The notes below the pieces were generated by a model. It had not been told where the DNA came from and made no database searches. It worked only from the letters and a program-made list of their open reading frames with translations. Positions 40,801-51,884 of a DNA stretch of 64,000 nucleotides are shown here, piece after piece (within the stretch, counting starts at the first letter, position 1; the number at the start of each line of letters is the position of its first letter). Made by a program: the position numbers and the translations under genes. Source of the stretch: Azolla caroliniana (taxonomy: Eukaryota; Plantae; Polypodiophyta); the NCBI GenBank assembly GCA_043228905.1, contig JBHGNT010000006.1, forward strand, positions 4,464,001 to 4,528,000, in the 5' to 3' direction.

Positions 40801-42214
40801 TTAGAAGAAGTGGTAAATAAGGTTGCAAGAGAAGAAGGATTGAATGCTCCCAAATTGATGCAACATGTTATCTTATTGCTTCTATATGCTGATGATGTGG
40901 TACTCTTCTCATATGATGTTGATAGTATGCAAAATTTACTTGGGGTATTAGAAGAATTTTGCCATAGTAGTGGACTAGCAGTGAATGTGGAGAAAACAAA
41001 AATGATGGTAGTGCAAACCATCCAACTTCATCATTACCCTATGCTCACAAATAGAGGTGAACATATACAATTTGTTCAAAGCTTTAAATATCTTGGTATT
41101 GATGTACCCGCCACAAATAAATGGAGTGCATGCTTTGATTCTAGGCTCCAAGCCGGTTGGAAATCGTATTACCTTTTGGAGAACCAATGCAACCAAAGTG
41201 ATACTTGTGGATGGGAAGTAAAACTAATGTTGTTCAATGCCAGGGTAACTCAAGTATTGTTTAATGGAGTAGAAGTATGGGGTGGCACCATCTCTCTTAA
41301 TGCATGGAATGAGATTGAGAAAATTCAAAAGATGTTTTTAAGGAGGCAATTAGGAGTTAAATGCACTACCTCTTACCAAGTTATGCTCTTGGAAACAAGT
41401 GTTCGACCCATAGAACTATTGGCACTCCAAAAAGTATATAAATACATTACAAAAGTCAAGAATATGTCGAATCATCAATTACCACATCTTGTTTGGAATG
41501 TTGGATGTAAGCTACAAAGGAATCATAAAAGTAAGATTCTCTCATCCGGTTGGGTTGTTGACATAAGGAAGTGGTTTAGAAGATAGGGTATGGATGATCT
41601 TTTAGAGCTTTCTGGCAATGCTTATGCAGTATGTAATGATTGAGGAAAGGTTGGTGGAATCATTAAGGATAAAGTGGGAAGATGTTAAGAGGACAAAGCT
41701 AGAATACTACATTGCAAATGTCAACCCTCAATGTTGGTCTCAATATAAAGCAAGAATGCCTATTGATCGTATCCAACCTTATCTCATTACCAATATGAGT
41801 AGTAATGCTCGTAGAGCCCTTACACTACTTCACACTCGATCTCACAAGTTAGGTATTGAAGTTGCATCATGGTATCAAAATGTAACTAATTTGAAGACAT
41901 GCAAAGTATGCAATGAAGGCATGGTAGAGGATGAATGTCACTTGCTCTTTACATGCTCGACATATAGTGCAATTCGTTCAAGATATGCTGACATACTAAG
42001 AGGGAGTGATAACTTAAGTGCCATACTTAAGACACCACCGAGAAGGTTGAGCTCATATGTGTATGCTTTATTCACACATAGAGACTTTGTGCGTCAATGT
42101 ATGAATACCCCTTCTTAGGAAGGAGACACATATCAAGAACACATGTATACTCTGGTCCCATAGGTCAAAATTGGCCTCTTTATGGACGATAAAAATTCTA
42201 ATTCTAATTCTAAT
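37880..42214 (+). mobile_element. RTEX-like non-LTR retrotransposon (ORF1 + ORF2), mildly degenerate
   Basis: ORF1 at about 38123-38937 (coiled coil, RRKNNIVIRGMQE). ORF2 at about 38970-42118 with WNCRG, MGDFNARVG, QAGFRPKHSTVDHL, CCFVDFKKAFD, GVKQGCPLSPTLF, YADD and RSHKLGIE...CKVC..VEDECHLLFTC. (AATTCT)n tail; candidate TSD TCTC(T/G)TGAGA at 37539-37548 and 42215-42224. Confidence 0.85.
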
Positions 42215-44222
42215 TCTCGTGAGACTTGTAGAAACATGAAAGAATCATCAACCAACGCTTGTGCTACTAGTTGCCCTCCAGACGGAAGGTGTAGACCCAC
42301 AATGTCACCATTTGTTGCAAGCCTCGATAACATCACTAACAAGGGATGAGTAACAATAGCAAACAACAATGGGCTAAGAGGGCTATATCAGATGTAACTC
42401 CCCCATTAAGCATTACTCGAGACATTGCATCTTGTCCTAATAAAAATATGAGGCGAGACATATGAGGTCCAAAACTCGTTATATGCATTAACCCAGAAAC
42501 AAAGGACCAATTAACATGATCATAAGCTTTCTCCAAATCTAATTGCGCCATAATCAATTCTTGATGAGTGTTTCGAGCATAATCCCTGGCCATTTGAACA
42601 TTCAACACATTATGCAATATATTCCTACCTGCAATAAAACCATATTGGGCGGGATGTATCAACTTTGGCAAATACTTTTGTAATCTACTTGCCAAGACCT
42701 TTGTAAATATCTTATACAACCCCCCATCAAAGAAATAGGTCTCTATTGATGAAATGACTCGTGAGATGCCACCTTTGGAACTAATTTAATTAGACCAACC
42801 TTCCAAGATCGAGGCATATGACTAGAATCCCAAGCATGTTGAAACATCAAAGTTAAGGGCCCCTTTAAAATGTTCGAATATCACTTAAAAACTTCATTTG
42901 TCAAGCCATCCCAACCAAGGCTCTTACCATTAGGAAGATGCCTTAAAACTGTGTTCATCTCATTCTCAGTGAAATCCGCATCCAATTCATGACTAATGAG
43001 TTCATGCACAATACATCCAACCACATCATAAAACTCATGACATGCTCTACTCACCTCATTTGTCATTAACAATTGTGGGCCAATCAACTCCTTAAAGTAA
43101 TGAATACATACATTGTCAATTATTGTAGTAGGATCCACTATCCATTCATTCCCTTGCTTCACATGTACCACATTAGATCGAGCATAAGTAGGATGTAATG
43201 CTTGGAAAAACAAATGAGATTGACATTGATTATCTATGATCCCATCCCTCAATTGTCGCATCTTCGCATAACGATAACTTTGGCATTGCAACTAAGAAAT
43301 AATAACATGCAATTGACTTTGGATATCCAAAAGCTCCTCATCTAATGGTGCATGTATCAATAATGCATTACACTTGGAGAGAACTTGTGAGAATTGTCGA
43401 AGAAGACCTCTTCTTCATTGAGCATTAGTTACTCAATACATACGATGAATGATCTTAATGTTTCGTAACGTGATATCCCATGCTTTAACTCTTCTAAGAT
43501 TCGCTTCTTGTGAAAAATTTACCAAAATTTGCTCCATGAGAGAATCAAAGTGAGGTTGAAGCAAAAGAGAAGAGTTAAAGCGTAATGGAGGATTTCCAAG
43601 TAAGGATTTATACATGTCAATCGCATAATTACAAACCTCCAAACAAATAGGAAAGTGATCTGAAGTTCCTACATCGTGTAGAACTTTCATACAAAGTGAT
43701 GTCGATAAAAAATATTCATTGTGCATCACATACATTCTATCTAACTGACTCCATGTTTGTTTATGTTGAACGGATTGGAAAGTAAAACCCGAATCATTCC
43801 CATGCAACCATGTCCAAACATCCAACTTCAGAACCTCCATAGCCAATGAATCCCAAGCAAGTTGCTCTAGATCATCCGTGATTTAATGTTCTGACGTAGA
43901 TTGAGATGCATCAACATACATGTTAAAATCACCCATAAGTAATTTGGGACGACCCACACATAGGGTTTGAAGGAGTGAGCCCCATAGTGCAATACGTTGA
44001 GTGGCTTGGTTAGGGGCATAAATCCCAACCACCCACACAACCTCGCCAAAAAAAGTGATTTCTAGAACAAAGAACCGACTAGAAGGATTATTATGCACCA
44101 TTTGAGGATAATATTTATCCCACACAATTAATACCACACCTGAATAATGATTATTAAGATGTCTTGCATAGAATAATAAATATCCGCGTAAATGAACTAT
44201 GGATCCTGCTAACTCATGACAC

Positions 44223-44676
44223 TGTCAGGAACGCTACCTAGGCGGAGAAGGAATTAGTACTAAAAGAAGGATTAGTACAATTGTTGAGAACAGTACTAAG
44301 ACAGAGAAGGATTAGTACTATGAGAGGTGTAGAACGTTGAGAGAAGGAACGAGTGAGAGGGAGAGAGAGAGAGAGAGAGAGAATGATGATACGAAGGATA
44401 TATGTAGTAGGTGAAGGAAAATATACAATAACAGCTAGAAGGCTTAAGACTGGCGTTGAACCGATTTGGTTCGAACTAATGCCTTGCGCCTCCTTTTATA
44501 GTGTTTTCAGGAATACTCCTGAAGTTTCTAGAATGTTCCAGAGAAATCTGGAATATACATCCATTTCCTAATAAAATATAAATGAAAATAATATACTTCG
44601 AATTACAATGTATAATATAACGGTAAAGACTCGACCCATGTAACAACAGGTTATGGGTTCGAGTCTAGTTATGACA
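44223..44676 (-). repeat. 3' LTR of chromovirus (454 bp)
   Basis: Matches 49532-49987 apart from one GA unit, by eye. Confidence 0.97.
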
Positions 44677-47600
44677 CTATCCCCCCTTTAAAACGACGAG
44701 TTCCACGAGTCGTTTTAGATTGAGGACCCGGTTTCTCTGGATATCGACGATGGAAGTCTTCAAGAAGAGCACGAGCATTGGTCACGTTCTCGATCGGCTC
44801 CCAAGTACGCTCGCTGGGACTATACCCTAGCCAATCGACTAGATAGTAGAGCTTATTGCGAACAATCTTGGAATCAAGGATGGCAGCGACCTCATACTCA
44901 GGTCCATCTTCAAGCTCGATAGGAGGTGGAGGTTGTGTAATCCGTCCTGGGATAGTGCTCTCGTGATAAGGTTCAAGGAGGGAACTATGAAATACCGGAT
45001 GTATCCGAAGTTGCGGAGGTAGATCGAGACGAAAAGCGACATCATTAATCTTTCCGATAATACGGAAAGGACCTAATCGCCGATAATCCAATTTTCCACA
45101 TGGGCGAGTAGTCTTGATGTGTCGTCGTAGCAGCCACACCCGATCCCCAATGTTAAAACTGGATGGAAGTCGATGACGATCTGCGTAGTCCTTGTGTGAT
45201 TGTTGAGCATGCTGGAGTTGAGTAGATAAATCTTCTTGTATCTTGCGTAATCGCTCCAAACGATCCTCCGCGCACGGATTTGTGGACACTTCTGGGACTT
45301 CAAGGACAGACCACCGGGGATGACATCCCGTATAAGCATAGAATGGCGTAACTTTAGTCGATGCGTGGATAGCGTTATTATAGGCAAATTCGGCGAAGTG
45401 AAGAATATCTGCCCAGTCATCCTGATGATAGCTGAGAAAGCACCGCAGATACTGCTCCAATGTTTGATTTGTTCGTTCGGCTTGACCGTCGGTTTGTGGG
45501 TGGTAGCCGGAGGAGAGGTTACAAGTCACCTTGAGCATCTTAAAAAGGTGCTTCCAGAATTTGGATACAAACTGGGGTCCACGATCGCTAATGATACTAT
45601 CGGGAAGTCCATGATGCCGACATACTTCCCGCATGACAATTTCGGCGGTGTCTTCACTAGATATTTCCTTAGTACATGGTAAGAAATGAGCCATCTTCGT
45701 ATATCGATCCACCACTGTTAGAATCGCGTTGAACTCCTTAGAGACTGGAAGATCTGTGATGAAGTCGAGAGCAATGGATTGCCATGGCTTGCTTGGAATT
45801 GGTAATGGTTCTAATAAACCATATGGATGATGCCTTGGCATTTTCGCTCTGCAACAGGTGTCACAAGTCCGAACAAAATCTTTGACAAATTGTTGCATAC
45901 GGGGCCACCAGAATGATCGTTGTACTAAATCTAATGTTTTAGTACTACCGAAATGTCCTGCTGTATATGTGTCATGGCAGTTTTGTACTACTCGAAGGCG
46001 GCAAGAACCATTAGGAACATACAAAAGTTCTTTAAAGAAGAGTAATCCATCACAGTATTTAAATTGCCGATAGTCAGTACCTGGTGGTTGTGACTGTGAA
46101 CATGACGCTCGACAGGGGTCAATTTGTGCTAGTATAGCTTGGGCAAAGGCGTCAGTCTTCAAGTCCTCACGTATAGTATTGGTGACGTCAGAGTCCATGG
46201 GCATGTCAAAGACCTGTGCTCCTTGTAGTCGTGCTGGTCCCAAGATTACTTGCTTCTGGTTATCGAAAGCTGGCTCCCCGGGACGTGGTGTTAGATACGA
46301 ACGTCGTGATAATGCATCTGCCTTCCCTTGGTGCTTCCCCGGACGATATGTAATTTTGAAGTCGAAGCGTGTGAGGAAGTGGGCCCATCGAGCTTGACGT
46401 CGATTCAGTACACGAGCATCTTGAAAGTAGGCAAGGTTCTTGTGGTCACTGAATACAGTGACTTGATGAGGAGATCCCTCGAGAAAATGCCTCCACTGTA
46501 TAAAAGAATCAACTATTGCCAATAGCTCTTTATCGTGAATTTCGTAGTTGATTTCGGCGGCGTCAAACTTACGGGAGTGGAAAGCCACAGGATGCAGCTT
46601 CTCGTCATTACCCTGTTGTGACAAAATGCTCCCCAATGCGAAATCAGATGCGTCAGCTTCGATAATGAATGGTTGTTCCGGATCCACATGACCTAGAATT
46701 GGAGCTGATGTGAACGCCTTCTTAAGACTCTCGAAAGCCATGTCCGTTTCTTTAGACCAGATAAATGATTGTCCTTTCCTGGTGAGCTGTGTGAGAGGCA
46801 GAACTATTTTTGAGTAGTCTTGTATGAACTTCCGGTAAAAATTTGCAAAGCCTAGGAAGCACTGCACATCCCGCACCGAACGCGGAGTTTGCCATTCTAC
46901 CACCGTTTTGACCTTAGCTGGGTCCATAGAGATGCCTTCTGAGGAGATGACATATCCGAGAAATTCCACCTGGTTGCACCCGAAACTACATTTCTCTAGC
47001 TTTGCATATAGCCCATGTTCTCGAAGTCGTTTTAGTACTAATAGTACATGAGAATCATGTTCTTCTTGGGTCTTTGAATAAACCAGTAGATCATCTAAAT
47101 AGATGATCAGAAAATCATCCAATAGATCTCGAAATATATCATTCGCCATGTGCTGGAAGACTGCTGGCGCATTAGTGAGTCCGAACGGCATGACCGTATA
47201 CTCGAAGTGCCCATATCTGGTGCGAAACGCGGTCTTCCATTCATCTCCTGGTCGGATTCGTACGAGGTTATAGGCTCCTCGTAAATCGATCTTCGTGAAG
47301 AACCTGGCACCATTGATTCGTTCTAAAAGACTTGAGATAAGGGGAAGAGCATACCTATTTCTTATTGTAACCTTATTCAAGCCACGGTAATCTACAACAA
47401 GTCGAAGCGAGCCATCTTTTTTCTTGACGAAGAAAATGGGTGCGCCGGCTGGAGATTTCGAATGCCGAATGAAACCGTTCTCCAAATTCTCCTCTATATA
47501 GGCTCGAAGGACTTCTAGCTCGGTTGGTGACAAACTGTAGATCGGCCCCCATGGCGGCTCTTTTACCGGTTGTAAGTCGATGGCGCAATCGTACGGCCGA

Positions 47601-48256
47601 TGATGAGGAAGTGTGTTGGCTTGTACTTTATCGAACACATCAGCGTACTGACGATACTTCTCGGGGAGTTGAACAGTACTGTCTTCTTTAGTGGTGATGG
47701 AGGGGTTTACTGATATTGCGAAAAGGAACATCTCCTCCTTGCGCCCTTCTTCACGCAACTGATGTAGCGAAATGGTTGCCATTGTCTTTTGGGTTTGTCG
47801 ACACCGGATTGCCCTTGTTCTCCAATCTATGTTTGGATTGTGTAATTCGAACCATGGTAATCCTAAAACTATGGGATGTTCTGGGATACTAATAATATTA
47901 AACGACACTACACATGCTAAGTTATCTAGGACAATATTAACAGGTTCTGACTCTTCTATGATATTCCCAGAAGCAATGGGACGACCATCAATGACTACTA
48001 CTGAGGCTGGACACGGGAGCTTACTGAGGGATATCTGATGGGCTTGGGCAAAATTCCTATCCATAAAGCAAGAATTAGCTCCGGAATCTAGAAGTGCTAA
48101 GGTATGTACTGGAGGGGTACTTTTAGTACTAACTGCTACTTGGGCTACGAACACATCACTAACTTGCTTAGAGGGAATGGAACCACTAATGGGCTGCACA
48201 GATCTAGGGCTGTCTAACCAAACGGCTCCTATTTTGGCTGGACTTAATAGTTTAAC
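44669..48256 (-). CDS. pol: Pol (PR-RT-RH-INT-chromodomain), probably expressed by -1 frameshift
   Basis: LLDSGA protease, YLDD RT, EADASDFALG RNase H, HHCC + DDE integrase, GPF motif, chromodomain YEVAAILD...YLVDWLGY...TWEP. The stop lies inside the 3' LTR. Confidence 0.96.
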   Translation of the reverse strand, partial: VKLLSPAKIGAVWLDSPRSVQPISGSIPSKQVSDVFVAQVAVSTKSTPPVHTLALLDSGANSCFMDRNFAQAHQISLSKLPCPASVVVIDGRPIASGNIIEESEPVNIVLDNLACVVSFNIISIPEHPIVLGLPWFELHNPNIDWRTRAIRCRQTQKTMATISLHQLREEGRKEEMFLFAISVNPSITTKEDSTVQLPEKYRQYADVFDKVQANTLPHHRPYDCAIDLQPVKEPPWGPIYSLSPTELEVLRAYIEENLENGFIRHSKSPAGAPIFFVKKKDGSLRLVVDYRGLNKVTIRNRYALPLISSLLERINGARFFTKIDLRGAYNLVRIRPGDEWKTAFRTRYGHFEYTVMPFGLTNAPAVFQHMANDIFRDLLDDFLIIYLDDLLVYSKTQEEHDSHVLLVLKRLREHGLYAKLEKCSFGCNQVEFLGYVISSEGISMDPAKVKTVVEWQTPRSVRDVQCFLGFANFYRKFIQDYSKIVLPLTQLTRKGQSFIWSKETDMAFESLKKAFTSAPILGHVDPEQPFIIEADASDFALGSILSQQGNDEKLHPVAFHSRKFDAAEINYEIHDKELLAIVDSFIQWRHFLEGSPHQVTVFSDHKNLAYFQDARVLNRRQARWAHFLTRFDFKITYRPGKHQGKADALSRRSYLTPRPGEPAFDNQKQVILGPARLQGAQVFDMPMDSDVTNTIREDLKTDAFAQAILAQIDPCRASCSQSQPPGTDYRQFKYCDGLLFFKELLYVPNGSCRLRVVQNCHDTYTAGHFGSTKTLDLVQRSFWWPRMQQFVKDFVRTCDTCCRAKMPRHHPYGLLEPLPIPSKPWQSIALDFITDLPVSKEFNAILTVVDRYTKMAHFLPCTKEISSEDTAEIVMREVCRHHGLPDSIISDRGPQFVSKFWKHLFKMLKVTCNLSSGYHPQTDGQAERTNQTLEQYLRCFLSYHQDDWADILHFAEFAYNNAIHASTKVTPFYAYTGCHPRWSVLEVPEVSTNPCAEDRLERLRKIQEDLSTQLQHAQQSHKDYADRHRLPSSFNIGDRVWLLRRHIKTTRPCGKLDYRRLGPFRIIGKINDVAFRLDLPPQLRIHPVFHSSLLEPYHESTIPGRITQPPPPIELEDGPEYEVAAILDSKIVRNKLYYLVDWLGYSPSERTWEPIENVTNARALLEDFHRRYPEKPGPQSKTTRGTRRFKGGIVS

Positions 48257-49434
48257 TCTTCTTCTAACTGACTAAGGACATCAAATTTGTTGACTAAATT
48301 TGGACTATAAGTACTATTAGAACTTTCATGCATACCTAGGGAAGTAGACTCAGTTTTAGTATTATTAAGACTATCAGACACACCTAGGGAAACAGACTCG
48401 GGTTTAGTACTATTAGTACAGGCAATTATTTGGTTTACCTGTCTTTTTGGTCTATTGGGACAGTTTACTGCAATATGCCCTGGTCCCCCGCAATACAAAC
48501 ATAGTCGATGTGCCCTGCGTCGCTGCTTTTCTTCTTCCGATAGTGGTCCGCGACGACGTGTGGTGTCGATCTCCATTGGAGTCGGAGTATTCGTTGGAGA
48601 TGTACTGAAGGACTCCCTTGAAAAAGGCTTTGCTACGATTGAAGCATAGGTAGGCTCCGATCTTGTCCTTGGCATTTGGAACTGACGTTCCGAGCGTCGT
48701 TCGAAGAGGCGGTTATCGCATCGCACCGCACGACTGATTGCTTCGGTCAATGATTTTGGCTCTTCGGGGAAAGTTAAGAGTAGATCTTTAACATCATTCC
48801 GTAGGCCAAAGCGAAATTGTTCCATCAATGCCTGGTCATCCCAGGGAATATCGCTGGCAAGAAGACGGAAGTCCGCAGCATAAGCTGAGGCCGGCCGCTC
48901 ACCTTGGCGCAATCTCCGGATTTTGTTGATGGCGGTTCTAACACTGTCAGTATCTCCGAAACAGGATTTAAACTCGCTCATAAACTCTTCAAAATTATTT
49001 AACATGGGAGAGTTTTTCTCTAACAGAGGGGCGAACCATGCCAAAGCCGTGCCACTAAGTAGAGTGCCAACTAGTCCCACTCGGGATGCATCGGTGGGAT
49101 ATCGAGAAGGATGCATTTGGATCACTAGACGTACCTGGTTGAGGAATCCTCTAAACTGTGATCTGGTCCCATCAAATTTTGTAGGGAGACCGATCTTGGG
49201 TTCTCTGTGAATCCCTTGATTACCTGATCCTTGTTGTTGGAGTGATATAATGGTCGCTTCGAGTTGTTGTACCCGTAGCGTCAGCTCCCCATGTTGTTGC
49301 TGTTTTTCCAGCGCCGTTTGTTGAAGATCCCCCAACAGGCGGTGATTTTCTTGTTCAAGCGCTAAAAATTTCTCCTTTAAGGACTGGAGCTCCGAGAAAA
49401 CAGATTGGTATTCTTGAGCGCTAACAGTTTCCAT
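48244..49434 (-). CDS. gag: Gag (PEG10/sushi-like) with CCHC zinc knuckle
   Basis: PTKFDGTRSQFRGFLNQ, LRQGERPASAYAADF, PTPMEID, CLYCGGPGHIAVNC. Confidence 0.95.
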   Translation of the reverse strand: METVSAQEYQSVFSELQSLKEKFLALEQENHRLLGDLQQTALEKQQQHGELTLRVQQLEATIISLQQQGSGNQGIHREPKIGLPTKFDGTRSQFRGFLNQVRLVIQMHPSRYPTDASRVGLVGTLLSGTALAWFAPLLEKNSPMLNNFEEFMSEFKSCFGDTDSVRTAINKIRRLRQGERPASAYAADFRLLASDIPWDDQALMEQFRFGLRNDVKDLLLTFPEEPKSLTEAISRAVRCDNRLFERRSERQFQMPRTRSEPTYASIVAKPFSRESFSTSPTNTPTPMEIDTTRRRGPLSEEEKQRRRAHRLCLYCGGPGHIAVNCPNRPKRQVNQIIACTNSTKPESVSLGVSDSLNNTKTESTSLGMHESSNSTYSPNLVNKFDVLSQLEEELNY

Positions 49435-49531
49435 TTTGATAGGGAGAATAAGGGTATTAGTATGAAGAGAAGGAGGATAAAAGGGAAGGAAGAGGGAGAG
49501 AAAGACCAGATGGAGGAAAATCGGTTCAAAC

Positions 49532-49987
49532 TGTCAGGAACGCTACCTAGGCGGAGAAGGAATTAGTACTAAAAGAAGGATTAGTACAATTGTTGAGAAC
49601 AGTACTAAGACAGAGAAGGATTAGTACTATGAGAGGTGTAGAACGTTGAGAGAAGGAACGAGTGAGAGGGAGAGAGAGAGAGAGAGAGAGAGAATGATGA
49701 TACGAAGGATATATGTAGTAGGTGAAGGAAAATATACAATAACAGCTAGAAGGCTTAAGACTGGCGTTGAACCGATTTGGTTCGAACTAATGCCTTGCGC
49801 CTCCTTTTATAGTGTTTTCAGGAATACTCCTGAAGTTTCTAGAATGTTCCAGAGAAATCTGGAATATACATCCATTTCCTAATAAAATATAAATGAAAAT
49901 AATATACTTCGAATTACAATGTATAATATAACGGTAAAGACTCGACCCATGTAACAACAGGTTATGGGTTCGAGTCTAGTTATGACA
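49532..49987 (-). repeat. 5' LTR of chromovirus (456 bp)
   Basis: TATA box CTATAAAA on minus at 49812-49805; direct repeat of 44223-44676. Confidence 0.97.
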
Positions 49988-51884
49988 GACACTTATGCTC
50001 AACTCCACATATTACATCCCATTCTTTACTTAACAAAGTTTCCCATAATATATACTTTTTATGAGGAGAACATGCCACTCTCACATTCCATATTACCACT
50101 TTCATTCAATCAACAATGTTATGGGTGCACTTGCTCCTTTAGAGCAACCGATGTCATGAAACTAGTCAAAGCATGCTCCAATGCTGCATATGGATTTTCA
50201 TGCACCACATCCTTAGGGTTGTCTATCAAAATCTTTTCTTTAGGTTCTCCCGCTTGATGAAAACCTTGAGAATTCGATGAATTTACAACCCGTCCCAATG
50301 AATCAAATTGAAGGTGAATGGGTAAATCCCTTATCCCTAAATTGACTTTGCCAAGGAACTTTTCGAGGACCCTCCCTAGTTCCTAAATTTCCTTTCCAAG
50401 CTATCTCACGAGTAGTGCGCAAACTATTACGTTGCATATTCATTGATTTCCCCTTTGACTTGCCCTTAACATGATGTCAATCCTTTTCAACAACAACATC
50501 ACTACTAGTTCTATCCAATGGTTTTTTCCCCTTATCTATAACCACCAAACTTTGTTTTTCCATATCCATATATTGAGTTCCCTTATTCTTAGGGCCCAAA
50601 CCTTAAATTGAAACCTCTTTATAACCTGCTCTAGATTATGTTCCTTTATCCATATCAACCACAATATCTGACACACCAACATCTCTCCCAACTCCTTCCT
50701 TACCATTCCCTTCATTAGGAACCTCTATAGTTGAAGGACAATGACGATGACATTCCACCATAAAGTGATCCCATTCACCACATCCAAAACAATGACCTGC
50801 AAATGTCTCCCAGTTCAATTTAAAACAATGTCTTTTCATACCAGGTGTGTTTATACGCACCCTTCTTGGCCTCTTACGGCTTGTATCCCATAACACACAA
50901 AATTTGCACTTATTTGTAGCATTTGCATGTGGAGATACCAACACTTTACCCATTTGGCTCATCAACTTTGGTAAAAGTGGCCATAAAAAAGCATGCTTAC
51001 AAGCCACTGTTACCCAAACAAGGTATTCTTGTTTTAACAAAGCATGATAGTCCACAACAGGGGACCATTGCATTACATGCACCAATCGTTTATAAAAAAA
51101 CACAGGAACTTTAGCCAACGATGCACTTCGATGTTCTGGTGAACAAAACACTACATCATAAAACCCCTGTGATCCTGCATATATATTTTCAACACAATTT
51201 GGTGACACGATTGTGTTCAACCATTGTTTAATCCAATTAATGTATGGGAGTTTCTTGGTAAAAAATAATATAACCGCACGATCATAGAATACATCAAAAG
51301 ATTGCAACACTGCCTTAACATCAACTTCCCCATCATGCACATCCTCATCAATGCATTCTTTCGCTTCATTTTCATTTTCTTCCACAATATCAGACAACAA
51401 GGTATTGACAATTCCCCATAAATTATCCCAATTACAATGATCCTTGTCAACCCACAATTTGTAAGGAATTCATGTTTATATCCATTATTCTTGAGGTGAT
51501 ATCGATCCGGGATAAAACCATTTTTCCATGAACAAGAGAGACAACCGGAATGCACCCGATTGAAGAGGTCGACGATGATGAAGACATAGAAGACCTACAA
51601 TGTGTGTTGAGTATGTGAATGCCGATAACAAAAGATTCTGTATTTCTATCGCTGCTTCTCATACAGACCACCAAATTTAACTTGCTATATCTCGTTACGA
51701 AGCTCTAATCGAGGGCTCTCTAATGCTTGTCCAATTCCGTTGCCGATAGAGAGCGCAACAAATAAAAAATAAAAAAATTCGCTTGTTCTTCTTCCCCTCT
51801 CCCCTGGCCAATTTTGGCCTTAGAAGACGTTAATATATCTTTCTTTTTCTCTCTCTCTCCTCTGTGTCGAAACTTGAGGGCATC

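Larger units (their letters stand above)
44223..49987 (-). mobile_element. Intact Ty3/Gypsy chromovirus (Tcn1/sushi-like) LTR retrotransposon
   Basis: LTRs at 44223-44676 and 49532-49987 (TG...CA); TSD GACAC at 44218-44222 and 49988-49992; PPT AAAGGGGGGATAG on minus; open gag and pol. Confidence 0.97.
35865..51700 (-). mobile_element. Near full-length degenerate L1-like LINE, split by two nested insertions
   Basis: ORF1 at 50636-51457 (RRM/DUF4283-like, CFGCGEWDHFMVEC knuckle); EN at 44220-43430 (GIYAPN, MGDFN, SDHFP); RT at 43300-42215 (LDLEKAYD, LVDD) resuming at 37548 (FLQVSRE|NLEKG); CCHC CFFCTVQMEDNTHGFIQC. Both ends approximate. Confidence 0.88.

Noticed and set aside
44353-44571. Short ORFs duplicated at 44353 and 49646
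   Set aside because: Incidental antisense ORFs within the two LTRs.
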